Part shown: piece after piece, positions 37,201 to 51,821 of the stretch
Layout: every line of letters begins with the position of its first letter
How positions within the stretch are numbered: position 1 is the first letter of the stretch
From: Yuukianura sp. NJ FZ-2021
Lineage: Eukaryota
Length of the DNA: 64,000 nucleotides
Reading direction: 5' to 3'
Assembly: GCA_046563655.1 (NCBI GenBank)
Contig: CM102285.1
Coordinates: 11,098,001 to 11,162,000 of the forward strand
Made by a program: the position numbers and the translations under genes
The notes under the pieces: generated by a model
Seen by the model: the letters and a program-made list of their open reading frames with translations, nothing else
Database searches by the model: none
What the model was told of the DNA's origin: nothing

Positions 37201-40200
37201 GCCCCTACCAACAGCAGTTACTTACTTACACTTTCATGCCCTTGTGCACTTTCTCTTTTAAAATCAGAGAGTTGGCAAAGAAGCTTACAAATAGGGGTCG
37301 CAGACTCGTCCGGTTTTTGAGAATCGAGTCTCGAGTCTAAAATTCCGGTCACGAGTCTATACTCGAGTCCAGACTCGAGTCCCACTTTAACCCTTAAATT
37401 GAGTATTCCAGGAACTAAATAGAATAGAATCCCTGTAATATGGTAGAAGTTGAAAACAGTTTAATACACTAAGTTATAAATCCCTCCCCAAACATCGTAT
37501 AAAATTACTACGCTAGTTATTCTTTGGGTACATACTAACTAAGTTTAAATTTAATTGTCGGCTCCTTGGAAATATGACCGCAGGAAGCAGAGCTGGTCCA
37601 AAGATGAGTCACTTAGGCTGGAACGAATCTTATTGCATAAGTACCCAGCCGATGAAAAAGCACGTTCCGATTCAACGCTAGTCGGGTGAATAGCCTTGAG
37701 GTATTGGTAACATAGCGTCAAGTATTGGCCTCTAGAACCGTTTGCTTCAAACAGCTTGACTTCTTGCTTGATCAATGTTAGAGCTGTTCTCGTCTCAATT
37801 CTGGTTTTTGTAAGGCTCACATCTCCAGTCTTAACTTTGTCAAGGGCTACCTCCAGCTCATCTTCAAGTTGGCTAAGTTTCCTTTTTGTTGTGCTCGGAC
37901 CAGCTTCCTCTAGAATTTCAACATCTGAATTCAGAGCATCCGAGGTCGACTCTTCAAGGTTAGGATTAAGGCGAATAATCATGGAACGTAAAAATTCGAT
38001 AATTTTTGACTTTGTTGGTGTTGTGAAAACATCACAGAAGTGATCGTCATTACGATTCCCGCGGTGAAGATATTGTAAGACTCCAGAAGCTTCTGTTCTT
38101 CGTTGGGAAATTCTGTTTTTGAGAGCAAAGTATAACTCGTCGCTTATTCCAGAACCCGCTTCTTCTAGTTTTGTAAATGCGAAGTTCAATGACTCGTCCG
38201 CTTGTAACAAGTCAAAATCCCTCCGACAGATAGCTTCAACAGTTATTTTCAGAGGCTTCAGAGCGACTACCAGGTCATTTAGACGTTCCAGTTCCCAGTC
38301 TTCCAATTCAATTTCAGGCTTCAAATCAATCAGTGCTTTTTTAATGCTGTCACGCAATGTGCAAAAGCGCTCAACCATCAGGAAGAGACTGTTCCAACGC
38401 GTCTTCGTATCCAAAATTAGTTCCAAAGGATTTCCAAGGTCTGAAATGACGTGTTTCTGAAGAACTTCGTTTTTAAGAGGTTGGCGGAAAAATTTGACAA
38501 TTTTTCTTGTTTTAGAAATCAATTCAGAGTAATGTACATGTGAAACATCTTCATCACTTTTTCCAATCGGTGTTTCAATCTCGAATTGAAGATCCTCCAG
38601 TTCTGTTTCATAGTCCTCTGAATCACAGTCACTAACGTCACCGTCGTCAAAGTCATTGTCATTGTTCTCCTGACTGGTTGTGACTTTGTTGCTGGGATAC
38701 AGGACGTCAACCACAGCTAATTGAATGGCATGAGCAAAGCATAGTTGTTGATGGCTTGGCGACATTTTCCCAATGCACGTCATCACTGAAGTACCGTCAG
38801 TACAAATGCTCACTATGTCTTCGGCTAACGTCAGGCCGTAAAGTTTCAGCTTCTGTTCGACTAAGTCCAGAATTCGGTTTGCCGTAGCAGATCCTTTGAT
38901 TCGTACGAGGCCAAGATTGAAATGGATTGAATTGTCAGACAGCACGGTTAGATTTAAGTAGCGGTTTCTCTTCATGGATGTCCATTCGTCAAATACTGCG
39001 CAGAATTTGTGACCGTCGGCTCTTAATTTCAAAATACGAGACTTGTAGTGCTCTTGAATTTTCTTGGCAAAGTTCACTATCATGTTTTTTATGCCGTTGG
39101 GTGATGCTGGAAGCTCTCCATCCAAACGACGAGCCAAAATTCCTATTATTTAAATAGATCTTTATAGTATTTCGATTAAAACGAAACAGCGAAACTAATT
39201 ACTTGCTTAAACCTTTTCGAATATCCTGGGAAGTGCAGAATTTGGAAAACGGAATTCCATCCTTCGCCGCAAGTCTAGCTACAACAACTTCAATAGAATC
39301 AAGTTTGACGACGAACTCCGAAATTGATTTTTGCCTTGCAATCACTGTTTCGTTTACACTGAAATATGGCAAACAGCAATTGTTATTAAATGCTTCAAAA
39401 TTTCGTTCATAGTATCAAAACTTCAGTAAATTTACCTTTTAGTGGTACGTGCCTTTGCCAGAACAATATTATGTTTGGCTTTGAGGTGTTTGTGTAGTGA
39501 TGTCGTAGAGCCACATAACTTAATTAGTGATGAGCAGCTTGTTACTTTGCATTTAGCATACTCACCGCGATCGTCCTTCCAAAAGTGATTCCACACTAGA
39601 CTTTGAGAGTTCGGCACATCACTGAACTTGAGTACTGGCGATTGATTTAAACTAGATTTACTGGACATTGTTTCTGATTAGTAGTAGGTTTTAGAAGCAA
39701 CTGAATCACACAAAAAGAAAAACCTGGGAAGTACTTATTCTAACCGGATTTGATTTTTTGAACTGCTGCATTTACCGCGTCATAGAAAACTAGCTTTGGG
39801 TAAACAAAACTAGCGCCTCAATTTGGTTCAATTTTGAAGCGAGGCTCGAGTTTGAAAAGTCGAAGACTCGAGTCTCGAGTCCGCAAAAAAAGGGACGAGT
39901 ACTCGAGTTCGAGTCCATCTCCAGAATCGAGTTTGCGACCCCTACTTACAAACTGATAAAGTTCTCATTAATTTCTCCAAAAGAGCTTCGCCAAGGCTTC
40001 TTCGTACACAAATCTACTGGTGCGTTCTAGTTTTAAGGATCCTATCGCACAGCAAGAGGCTTCCAAAAACTAACACTCCCATCCAATTTATCACCGCGTT
40101 AACTCAGAACAAATGGTTCTACCAAATCCCTACGCTTTCTCCCTCCACCACTACCGCAGCGCCTTAATCTTCTTCCACCTCCGCGACTTCACTTTAAACT

Positions 40201-43200
40201 GAAAACATAATTATACGCCCATAATTCAACTCCCGGCGATTTTTAAATCTCATGATTAAATTTGTAATTGCTTTACCTCAATCATTAAAGTTTCTTGGAT
40301 GTTTGGATGGCATGTTTTGATTTGGGATCCAATGTCAACTCCATTCCTTAGAAGAGACGCTCTGACATCAATAGGATGTGGCTGAGCTTGCGTTTGAAAA
40401 ATTGTTACGAGCACTCTGTAGACTTGGCCAGGTCGAACCATTTTACTGGCAACGACAAAGTACCGCCTAGAATGACACAAAATAAAAAATACGACTTTTA
40501 AAAAACTTTCGTATAGTAAAATCAATGAATCGATTCTCTCTTGTCTTTTCCATCAAAATCTTCCAAAGAAGTGAACACAGAAAGCGAATCAAAAAGCCAA
40601 AAACTCAGTCCATTTGTTTCCAACTTTTTGTTGCGATTCACTAGTCTTCTTCTAGCCACAATAAAATGAACCAGAAGTTGCGGATTCAAAAGCTCTTGAG
40701 TCAGAAGTGACAGAATCTTTAGAAAACCTCAAACAGTAAACGAAAAAGGCCAAAATACGTAAGAAGTTTTAGGAGTTACTTTTTTTCACTTTTTTTTTTC
40801 TGAAGAAACAAATTGTTTATTCATATTGCTACACTTTCACCTGCCGTAGCAGGTTTAAAAATTCATAGGGTATTGTATATATTCAAAGTAAATAGATTTC
40901 GTAAAGTTCACTTTTATTTTTACTTTCACTTTTACTTTTTAGAAGTCACAGTTTCCCGTTTTCCAATCAACATTTCAGTACCTCCAACCTCTTGAATTTC
41001 AGTTTATTTCTGAAGATTTGAGCAAGAAGTAATACAGTTCTTCTGGAAAGACGAGCTCATCAAATTAGAGACGCTCAAGCAGAAACGAATGAGCTGTTAC
41101 TGCAGTGGCACGTGGAACTTTCTCCATTCCCATCACAAGTTGCTAACGAAAAGGAAAGAAACTGCACTAGCAACTTGCAAGTTGCAGCAAGAATGAAGAA
41201 GAAAGTCTCTTCATTTTCAGATCCAAAGAAAAGGCAGCAAATCTTCCAAGATGAAAGAAATGTCGAATGTTTCACACTTTCACTTTAGATGTTCCTCCCC
41301 TTCTAGGTTTTGGACACGTCACGTCAATCTGCTTTCTCCTGAAGACTTACTAGGAAACCCTAGCTCAACTGTAGAAGATTACAACACGCTGACCTGACCG
41401 TCACATGTCTTTCACTGCCAGTGAAAGGAAATCTCATTGCCGTTGCTCACTCCCCAGCGTTTGTTTTCTCCCAGAGAAAAAGCTTTCTCCAGTAACATCC
41501 TTATTCCTTAATGAAATCTACTTCTTACTGCCATCGACTCGCTTTCTCCATGTAAGTTCCAACTTCATCAGACAGTACACTGGCCGTTCTTGTTTCATTT
41601 TCAGCTACTAACCCGTGCCCTGAGATTGACCCCTCTTCAAGGTTATTGACCGTAACACAACACACGAGGGAGTTGAGGATAACTACTAACGAAATCAACC
41701 AATTTCATAGAAATATTTCTCTTTTCTACTTTCCCCTTCTGCAAAGTGCTATTCATCGCTGCGCGCTCGAATTCGTTTTTCTTAACCTCTCTCCCCAATT
41801 CGGCAGACATCAAAATTAGATTTGGCTATGTAGGAAATTAAAAGCAAACAAATCCAATTTGCCTGGGTCTAGATCTAGAGCTACAGCTACTCAAAACCGA
41901 ATCAAACCAAAACTGAAACCAAAAAAGTGATGATCGACTTGAATTCCGAATACAATTCAAATCATCCATCCTTAGGTTGAAATCAAAATCGGAGTTATTT
42001 TTTCCCTCTTCGACAGAAAAAAAAACCGTAAACGCGGATTTTTTAAGCACGGATTTTTCGAGTGCTTTCTTCCCTTTCACTAAAGAAATGCATCCCCCAT
42101 ACTTCAATTTCACTCACAAAATAAAGTCCTTGCTTCGCAACAACGAACAACAATGCAGGAATCTCATATGGTTGGAAAAAAGAGATCGAATTGAAAAGCA
42201 TGCGGGAAGAAGTGAAAGCTGTTCCTAAAAAAAGTATGAAGAGGGAGATGACATCATGCTGCCAGGGGTTGTTTTGTTCAGTTTAGAATCATAGTCTATT
42301 CTCCATCTCTCTTCAAAATGAAATTATTCTCATTGAATCGGATGAGAATGACTTTTTCCCTTCAGCTCTTGCCTTATTTATAGTCTCCCAACAATTCCCT
42401 AGATTAATTTCCCTGTGCACAAGTTTTGAAGTGAAGCAGGGGCTACTGCTGGCTTCTGGTTTAAGTGGAGAAAGGGAAATCATCAGCCAACTTTCTTTTC
42501 CATTTTAAAACTTTTCAATCACTTGGAGACTATCATTCCAGCAGCACTCGTACAGCACATCACAGCCCCAAATCCCTACTTTCCCCTCCTGTATTTAAAT
42601 AGAAAGAGGGTTTGTATATTCCAATGGAAACACGCCACAGGAAACCACTCAGAAACTTCCTTCCCCTGCTTTCAAGTGAGATGCTGCAGCCAAGGGAGAC
42701 AAATACCAGTGCGGGACAACTTTGAAAATCCCAGTTGGGGTTCACAAAGTAACCAAGAACTGAGAACCCATAAAATCACAGTGGCTCACTATGACGAATC
42801 TCAACTGGAAAACATTTGGAGAGAGACTGACTTTTAATTAAAATAGAATTAATAAGTTAGAAACTTAAAAACTTACGGTTCCTTGAGGATTCCAGAAGTT
42901 CTTGGCGGAGTAATCCCCGGTCCGGGGCCAAAGTCTCCAAAAGGAGAAACCGGGTTGATAGAAACTGGTTGCCTGGGATTCGTGTTTCCAAAGGAGAATC
43001 CATCTTGATTTCCGCCAGCAGGTCGAAAATTGACGTTATTATTGACTTCTCCATTGAAATTGCTCAAAGTGTTCGATCTTCCGGTCGTTGGGGAAGTAAA
43101 TGACGAGTCCTGTGGCCTGAATCGGTTCTCCTGTCCACCCACCCCAATGGAATTGAATCTGTTGACATTATCTACTTGCTGCTGTTGACCAAACTCTCTC

Positions 43201-43634
43201 TCCTGACTTCTGCTTCCACTAGTAAAGTCAAATGGGAATTGAGACTGTTGCCTCTCACGCGGACGGTCTCTGTCACTCGGTGATCCATCAAGCGTGTTTA
43301 TAAAACTTGGAAAACTTGGGCGGTTTTGGTTTTGTACTTGAGCTTGAGGCGTAGGCAGCGCTTCGCCTTCATTTTTGTTTAGTTTAGGTTGAAGTGTAGG
43401 AGAAACTGAAGAAATCGGAGCCGAACTGAGGCTGGAAAGATGAGCTGCTGCTGAAGCCAGTGTTCCAGGCACAGTTGCATGCGTTGCTTCGGACTTTTGA
43501 CTTAAATTGGAAGTTTGTGTAGTGAAAGTCGCTAAAGTACTGGAGCTTGTACTTGGACGATAAGTAGCTGCTGGCACTTGTCCAACTGATGACCAAGGAC
43601 AAGCCAGAAGAATGAAACACCACAAGAGACTCAT
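28220..43634 (-). CDS. Mcr: Macroglobulin complement-related protein (Mcr/TEP6-like; alpha-2-macroglobulin family with an LDLa module and a degenerate thioester site)
   Basis: About 30 exons. Exon 43634-42877 encodes a signal peptide and a low-complexity region, then YFVVASKMVRPGQVY, IFIQTDKPKY, GNFTSGAPVRG, LDLa module CYTGSSCFRQEKRCDHSRDCSDGTDESNC, WLWKDVNIGPHG, GEQIGIRVTVFNY, DSAEHNMFSFASNLY, IETTAYAL, VYDYYAPERFNET, and C-terminal ICEVCGSYQCPYC plus a hydrophobic tail; stop at 28220-28222. Confidence 0.95.
37292..39944 (-). mobile_element. Full-length hAT DNA transposon (2653 bp) inserted in an Mcr intron
   Basis: 17-bp TIRs TAGGGGTCGCA(G/A)ACTCG with one mismatch; perfect 8-bp TSD CTTACAAA (37284-37291 and 39945-39952); subterminal arrays of (GA)CTCGAG(TC) palindromes at both ends. 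Confidence 0.96.
37551..39668 (-). CDS. hAT transposase with BED zinc finger, DDE core and C-terminal dimerisation domain; 3 exons, ~656 aa
   Basis: Exons 39668-39436, 39358-39213 and 39142-37551 total 1971 nt in frame. BED finger VWNHF..AKCKVTSC..STTSLHKHLKAKH; motifs ARLAAKDGIPF, FDEWTS, CTDGTSVM, CFAHAIQL, TRWNS, TSVESERAFS. Confidence 0.93.
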
Positions 43635-46450
43635 TCTCCTTTCATGTAAAAGTCAAGACCGGACGGAGAGCACTTTTCAGTTTCGTTATGCTTTCTTTTA
43701 CACTTTCTCCATTTCCTTTTCCCTTAAAAGTGATTGGGGTCCTTTTAGCGGTGAAAGTCCAACCTACAATAGAAAAGGAAAGAAATCCAGTTTAGATTGA
43801 TAAATGACACGCAACGACATCGCACGCGGTAACTTTAGTAAAACCTTACGCCTTCTTAAATCTAACCTCAGCCTCCAGAAACGACAGATTCTGAAGGCTT
43901 CAAGAAAAGAATACAGTTTCCCCCAGTTTCCGTAGCATTTTGGAGGAAAAAGCGTCTCCCAAAGAAGACTTTGGCTATGGGACATCCTTATAAATCTCTA
44001 TTCATGAACACCCTTCACATTTAGCCATTTAGCAACCCGGGAAGAGCCTGCCGCAACCATCACAAGACAGACTGCTTTTACTACGTACGACGGGAATCCT
44101 CCTCTTAAAAGTTCTCCAATTCTCACAAAAATGCTTTCAACTTAAACATTTTTGAACGAGCCCCTCCAGCCCCTCCCTTGCCGATGAAATTCAAAACTTT
44201 GAAAAAACCATGTGCTAAAGGCTGCTCTGGCCCCAAAAGTCATCTCATCAATCTTCTTCCTAGGAAGAGCAGACGACAATAATTTTTATAAAAAATAATT
44301 TATAGAAAAGCCTGCTCAACATAAAGAAAAATTCTTCACGACATGACATTCCTGTTCAGTATAATGCAATTTGACAAGAACCATGCTTGCATTCCGCCAA
44401 GATGAAAAAGCAGCTTCTGTTGTTGTCAAAAATTCAAAAAAATTGAAAAATGGAAAAACCGAAAAGAAAACATAAAACAGTCTTCACAATGATTACTTTA
44501 TGGTTCAATTTTTTGGCTTTGAATGAAACTTTTGTCATTTCCCTATCTTTGTCCCCGATTACTTTCTTTTTTGAAATATTCCACGACACAGTACACCAAT
44601 ATCGCCGTAGCAGGAAGGATTTGCGTTTATTTAAATCCTACTCCCCCAGATCCCGAATAGGCAATAACCGCATGATAGATAAGTATTACCGACTAAAGTG
44701 CATAACGGATCCCCTTGACACGCGCTCTTACTCATAAATCATGTTATTAAGATGCAATATTACTTGGAAGTGGTCTAAATATTCAGATCTTGCATTTTAA
44801 TAACCATAATTCAAAATCCATTTTAATTTAAATACGAATTCTAAAACTTGGAAGTGAAAGCATCTGGATTTCCTTCCGCTTCAGGCACTTAAAACATTCA
44901 ACTTCATTCAACCTTGTAGATATGAAACACTAGAACCAGCTAAAACATAGCTCTTGTTTTTGGCACAAGTTTTCGTCCAGAAAAGCCTGTCAACAACACA
45001 ACCTCTCCAAGAAAAATTATTCCAGCACTTTAATTTAATGTTTGACAGTTGACATTGACGTTCCACTCCTTTAACATCTCAAAAAATCTCTGCCTTCATT
45101 CTCAGTAATAACGAAAGTCGCAAATTGCATCTCATCCAGTCACTCAACACACCAAGAGAAGCTAAATATGGAAAACAATTTATCCAAATTTAATTCAATT
45201 CAGCCTTTACACTTCAATTTTAATTCAAAGATTCAAAGCTGCACAGACGTGATCCTTTTAAGATAGAAGACGAAAGGCGTTTCCAGAAAAAGAAACTAAA
45301 ATTCTTTTTGTAAAAACTCTACTTTTTTACTTGAGTTTTTACAAAAACCGAACAGACCACCGAAGCGAGCATTCATAACTCTTACGGTTCAAGTATTATT
45401 CTTATCCCTGCGGTTCATCTTGAAGCCAAAAATAACCAAAAACGGAACAAAATTTTGTGGGCTTTTCCACTTCCCTACAACCAAAAAAACTTTTATCTAA
45501 AGTTTCTGTGAGTTCATCTTTGAATACCGCATCTTTCCTTTAACTTTCCTGTTCCAAGCGCTTTTAGACCAAGTCAATTTAGCAATGCGGTTAGAATCTT
45601 TTAAGGAAATTACTTTCCTTTTCATCCTTTCTCAAGACACGAACTTTCACAATAGCTCCTTTCTTTCCTAATTTCCTAACAAACGGAAGTCTGACTCAGG
45701 CCCACGCCCAAACTCGTCTGCTAACTGCCTATGCTAATCATAATTTGGCTCTTTACTTTTTCCGAAAACTTCCTTGTTTTAGTTCTGCAACCATGATTTT
45801 CACATTAAGGTTTCACAATAGGAGGTTTAATGTTAGGCATTACAAAAATTGGCCACTGCTCACAAGAATCATCAACTATTCTATTATAAACCTACCAAAC
45901 AATGCTTCTAAAGATAATCTCACGAGGATTTTGGAAGGGCGGAAGCTGCAGAAAAGTGCAGCTAACCTACCTAACATTTCTTTTTCTTTTTAGAAAATCC
46001 AAGTCCCACTGCGGAAGCGAACCGTAAAAGCACTCGGTCCGCGGTTAAACCGGCTCTCACAGTTCTAGATCCAACGTAAATGCATTTCAGAGTAAGCAAG
46101 ATGCAGCCATTCCTCTTCATCGAAAAAGCGTGCTATGTCTTCCTAAATTCAGAGGGGACTTTGCAAATGCAATGGCGATGATGGTCCTAGTAGTCCTTAC
46201 TGAAGTTGATGGGATACCCGGGCGAAAACAGGGTTCCGACCCCACAATGCACAAAAGATCCAAACAAAGAAAGTTTCGAATCTCGATTATACATCAGGAT
46301 TCAGAATCCATACCAAGTGTATAAGTACTCTGCAACGGAAAATGTTTTCGGAAAAGGTCGTGGTACTCACATATAAATTATGATCATCGTTTATAAGGTT
46401 AAAGGGAACCTATTCAAGAGCTATATCTCAGCTTGGCAAAATTCTAAATG

Positions 46451-46728
46451 AAATAAACCGTTGTAAACGCCGTATGGAAGTAGCGACGGACGCTAGAGCT
46501 TGTGGGAAGCATTAGCGGTAGGTCAAAGGTCAAGGTCAACCCGGAAGTTAGTCACTTCCAGTCAAACCGTAAACCATTTGAGCAAGTCCAAACCACAAGG
46601 AATCGATCCGTCACGACAGATTGAAAATCGGTCCAGTGATTTCGTGCCTAGCAGACACACGGACGGACAGACAGACAGAGAGCCACACTCGTTCGAAAAC
46701 ATAAAGTAGTAAACTTTCACTACAATAA
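46451..46728 (-). mobile_element. Second, shorter HINE-like element related to the copy at 10033-10623, in opposite orientation
   Basis: AAATAAACCGTTGTAAACGCCGTATGGAAGTAGCGAC (from 46451) resembles the reverse complement of the 3' end of the 10-kb element; (GACA)n at ~46653-46680; shared GGTCAAAGGTCAAGGTCAAC motif; hairpin GTAGT...ACTAC at the other end. Confidence 0.65.
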
Positions 46729-49700
46729 GGACAGATTATGAAAACTTTGATAAATCACAGAAGTCATCCAATAAAGAGCCTGAAAATAATTCCAACATTA
46801 CTCAACTCCACAGGAAGCGAATGTACTTGCCAAGAATCTGTTAAATTGAAAATGAAACCTTTCAACTTAACCAAAATCCTCGGTAGAAAATTCAAAACAT
46901 GAAAATGATTCCCGAGAACGCTTAGATGTGAGCTTTATAAGAAGCCTCTTTTAGTCAATTATGGTTAAGAAGTTAAGACTTTGTTGGATTGTTGTTTGTA
47001 AAAGTTAAACCATTAGATCCTGACACTAAGAATTTCAATAACAAATGTAAGCCCACTCAAATCGGAAATTGAAAGATGAAAATGTAACAAAAACAAAAAC
47101 AGTAAGTGGGGTGGCCTTTTGCCACTTTTCCCAGTACTTTCTGCCACCCATAGACCATTACCACATATTACCATTATCTTTATCCTACAGTCGGAAGTGC
47201 CATGTGGAAGACAAACTGGAAACAGTTGAGGCCTTACTGGAAGTAATGTTTGTCTTTCATCCCTCTCAGAAGAGCCAAAGCTTTATGGCTCTTCCAGAGA
47301 GATCATCCGCCCTGCCTCCAGATTCCCCTCATGCCAACAACCCCAGCAGAATCATCTATCCATCACAGATCATCCTGGAATGCACTTCCCCATTAACTAC
47401 ATAAACGCTTCTCTCCCCCAAAACCTACTTCATCTTGTCCAAAAATGAGCTCATCATGTTGTTGACATAGTTCTTAAGTCAAATAAAATTATTTTACTGC
47501 CAGTACCACTAGCATTGCTCTGACGCTGTCAAAGGCTCAAGGGATTTAAGGAAAATTGAATAACCAGAAAATATTATGCGGTTCAGTACCCCTGCCCTGC
47601 CCTTCCCTGGCTCATATCCTGCCTGCAAACTTTTGAAGAGATCAATATATAAATTTCAACAATAGATAAAAAGTATGCTGCAATCCAAAAATAGAAAGAG
47701 GACAGATCTGGCATTCGTTGCATTCAATATTAAGTAAACTGTACCTACATCGAACCATTTAATAACAATGGATATGAGCAGTGCCCTCCATTCCATTCCA
47801 GTTTCATGAGATCCCTAGACAAATGTGGCAATGTTTCTGGAATTTGTGTTGCTTGAGTGGAATCCATAAAGTCGGAGTGGGATAAGGTCCGAGATCGGAT
47901 ATTTTTGGAACAATCGTAAAATTTCTGTAACGCTACAAATCCGTAAGAAGAAAAAACTGAAAATAGATGCACTCCCGAACAGATGTCAACTTTTACTTAA
48001 AAGGCTACTTTCACATTAAACTTTTAACAAAATCTGGACCGCCGATACTAAAAAACTGAAGAATTTAAGCTGAAAGTTTCTGGAAGAGGAAATCTGTCGT
48101 TCAGCCCTTGAAGCTAATTCAGAAAGCCCAATAAAACCTAATTAATTGGCAAATGTAAAATTAGTAAAAACAAAAAGCCTGATTCCAGGGAGCTCTTCCG
48201 GGAGCTCAAGTTAGTTTTGATCAGAATTGAATCTGAATCGCTATTTCGAACACTAAATCGCGTGAAGCCTAACTTTTAAATTAGTTTTTTGTTTTTCCTA
48301 GTTGGTTTCGCAAAATTAATCACGAGTCACGACAGTTTTTCTATACCGTGTATTGAGGAAAATTTTATGTTTTTAAATGAACTATATCGATTAGGAAAAT
48401 TGTTCAACTACCAACCGAAAACGAAGGCGATAGGGGGGATTGCATGCATCATGCATGTTGCTTGGCACCCGATGTCACAGAATCGGTTAAAATTAGTAAC
48501 GAATCCAATTACCCGGTAAATCAACTCATCCCAATTTGTTACAGGTGATACGCTTCTCATGATCAAGATGAACAGAACTAACTGGTCACGCTATCCAAAT
48601 ATTAGTGGACTCAGGGCGGAGGCGGAGGATTTGGAAGGGGCGACGGTGACCCGATATTTTATGACATAGAAGCTGGCCTGGCAGTTAATATTCAATTAGC
48701 TTTTTACTTTCCGCCTGCAACCTAGTACTCCAGACGCCGTTTCATGCCAAATGACTAGGTTTAGGTAGCAGCCAAGTTATTAAAACGGAAAAATTATCCA
48801 AAATGACCTACTGCAACTGCAGGAGATCAAATGTCAAGAGGGAAGGGAGCAATTAAGACGAAGACAATGGTACAACTTTAGGTTGCAATTTAAAACCTTC
48901 GGCTAATAATGCTCCACTCCACTGTTGTCAAAAATTTTCAACCCTATTTCAACGCTACGTACTTTAAAATTAACTTTGTTTCGCTTGTTCTTAGCTAACT
49001 GTAAACAAACACTCAGGCTAAACAAGCCTCACACATTCTTTAAGAATTATCAATTCTTATTTCACACTTTGAAATGTAAGGTCACCAAAGAGAACATGAA
49101 CAGAGATAGAGATCTACCAAACTTAGGAGTTGACTGACGCTGACGCTTGACAGCATTTCTGTAAGTGTGCTAAATGGTATATCATTGAGACGTCAGTAAG
49201 TTAATTTAGTATGAAACAAAAAACGAATCTGATGGTCTTGGTGCCTAAATCAGGGCATTTGACACTGTCAACTTGACATTTGACAGTCACCACAAAAACT
49301 GCAAAGTCAACCCGGCCCGGAGTGCGCTATTATGTCTTAAAACAAGGTACGAGTTTACGTTGCGTAAGGTTAAATTACCATGTCCTGTCTCTTCTACGCC
49401 TCGATTACAGGCTATAGGTGTGTCACACCTGTTCCTACCTTGATTACTCATCCCACTTGAACTCAAGTGAATCCCGACATAAGATAAAGTTCAAGATCTT
49501 AACATAATTTACAAATTAAAGACATCAGATGCTATTGTTCTTACCTTTACGGTGAGTCCATTCCCGTTCCTAAGTTCCTTCAACTCTCCCGGGTTCCTAG
49601 TAGAATTCGGTGTTTACTTCTTTTCGGTTCCAAGTCCTGGAAGAATTCAACAAAAAAGTAGCAGTAGGGAGAGAAAAAGCCCTCCTTTCTTGACACTCCC

Positions 49701-50604
49701 AAACCCTCAACTGAAGAATCCAAAACAAACGGGAGAAGAGATGAGGAGAAAGACTCGCTCTTGAGGGAGAGAGAGGCCATGGAACTGGAACATGGCAAAA
49801 AAAGTCACGCAAGACTCGAAAACACCAACAATGGACTCAACACTACATTGTCAATTTTGTATTTGCAAAAAAAAAAAACTTAGACCTGTCATTTTAGATT
49901 CATTTTAAGTTATGTTACTTTAGTTTGATTGCTTTAGTATTTTCATCGAATAAACAAACAAGAAAAACGTTTCTTCTGGCAAAAATAGCTGTACTATTGT
50001 TGCACTGTAACGAAATACAAAATGCAAATGACAATATTGCAGTCCATTTCCAATTAATGTAAAGAATTTGATGTGTTTACAAGTTTTAAATGACAGCGCC
50101 TCACTCCTTAATGCCATACTTTGTAACAAGAGTTAATTAAATTACATAATTAAAATTTTAAATAATTAAGACAATTACAAATTTATGTGTCAAGTTTGTA
50201 GATTTGTTCTAAATCTGAGTTTTGTATTTTGCCATTCTTCGCAATTGCCATTCTTGAAATTACCATTGTTGAGGCGGCAAATTACTCGACCCTCCACTAG
50301 AAACCCGCGCATTTCAAAACTACAAAATTTTGTCAAACAAAAAGAAAAGAGCAAAATTCTTCGACGCAGGGAAAGATACTAAGCCAATCGGTGGAGGACG
50401 TGAATAACGGTTCCCTGAACAGCTGATTGATTGATTAGTGTAAATCTGCATCGAATTTGACACATTACCGGATCTTTACAACCTTCTCCAAATCCTTCTG
50501 TATCATCCTCATCCGGAATCCAGGCGTTTTGCAATATCTACTCGCACACGTAGCGGTAACTCACGTTGTAAACACTGAACTGAGCTCTCTTCACCTACCT
50601 CAAC

Positions 50605-51467
<863 letters not shown>

Positions 51468-51821
51468 AACGCTCGTGCTCGTCTCTACTGCAAGATGGTC
51501 TCGTTTCCGAATCCGAAAACTTAAGTTCTAAGCTTCTCAAAATCACAACTTCGAACTAGGTCTTACAACCAGAAATAAATCCCTAAATCCTAAATTCATA
51601 TGAATTCCTACAAACAGTTTCCAAAGAGTAAGTTCCAAATCAACATTCTTTTTTTTTATTTGGACACAAGTGATCAAGGATCTGTTTTTGTAAATTGTTA
51701 AGAATCTTTAGGACAGTTCGAATTCGGTTCTCAAATGTACACAAATTAAAAAATCCTAAAAATTAACCAATCGATTACTCTTCTCGGCAAACCATAGTAA
51801 GAGCCACCTCCTGTGTGGTGT

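Noticed and set aside
37756..39412. Plus-strand ORFs inside the transposon
   Set aside because: Antisense shadows of the transposase reading frame.
47069..47972. Possible nested gene or TE remnant upstream of the Mcr coding region
   Set aside because: Short ORFs with no recognisable motifs and no consistent exon chain.
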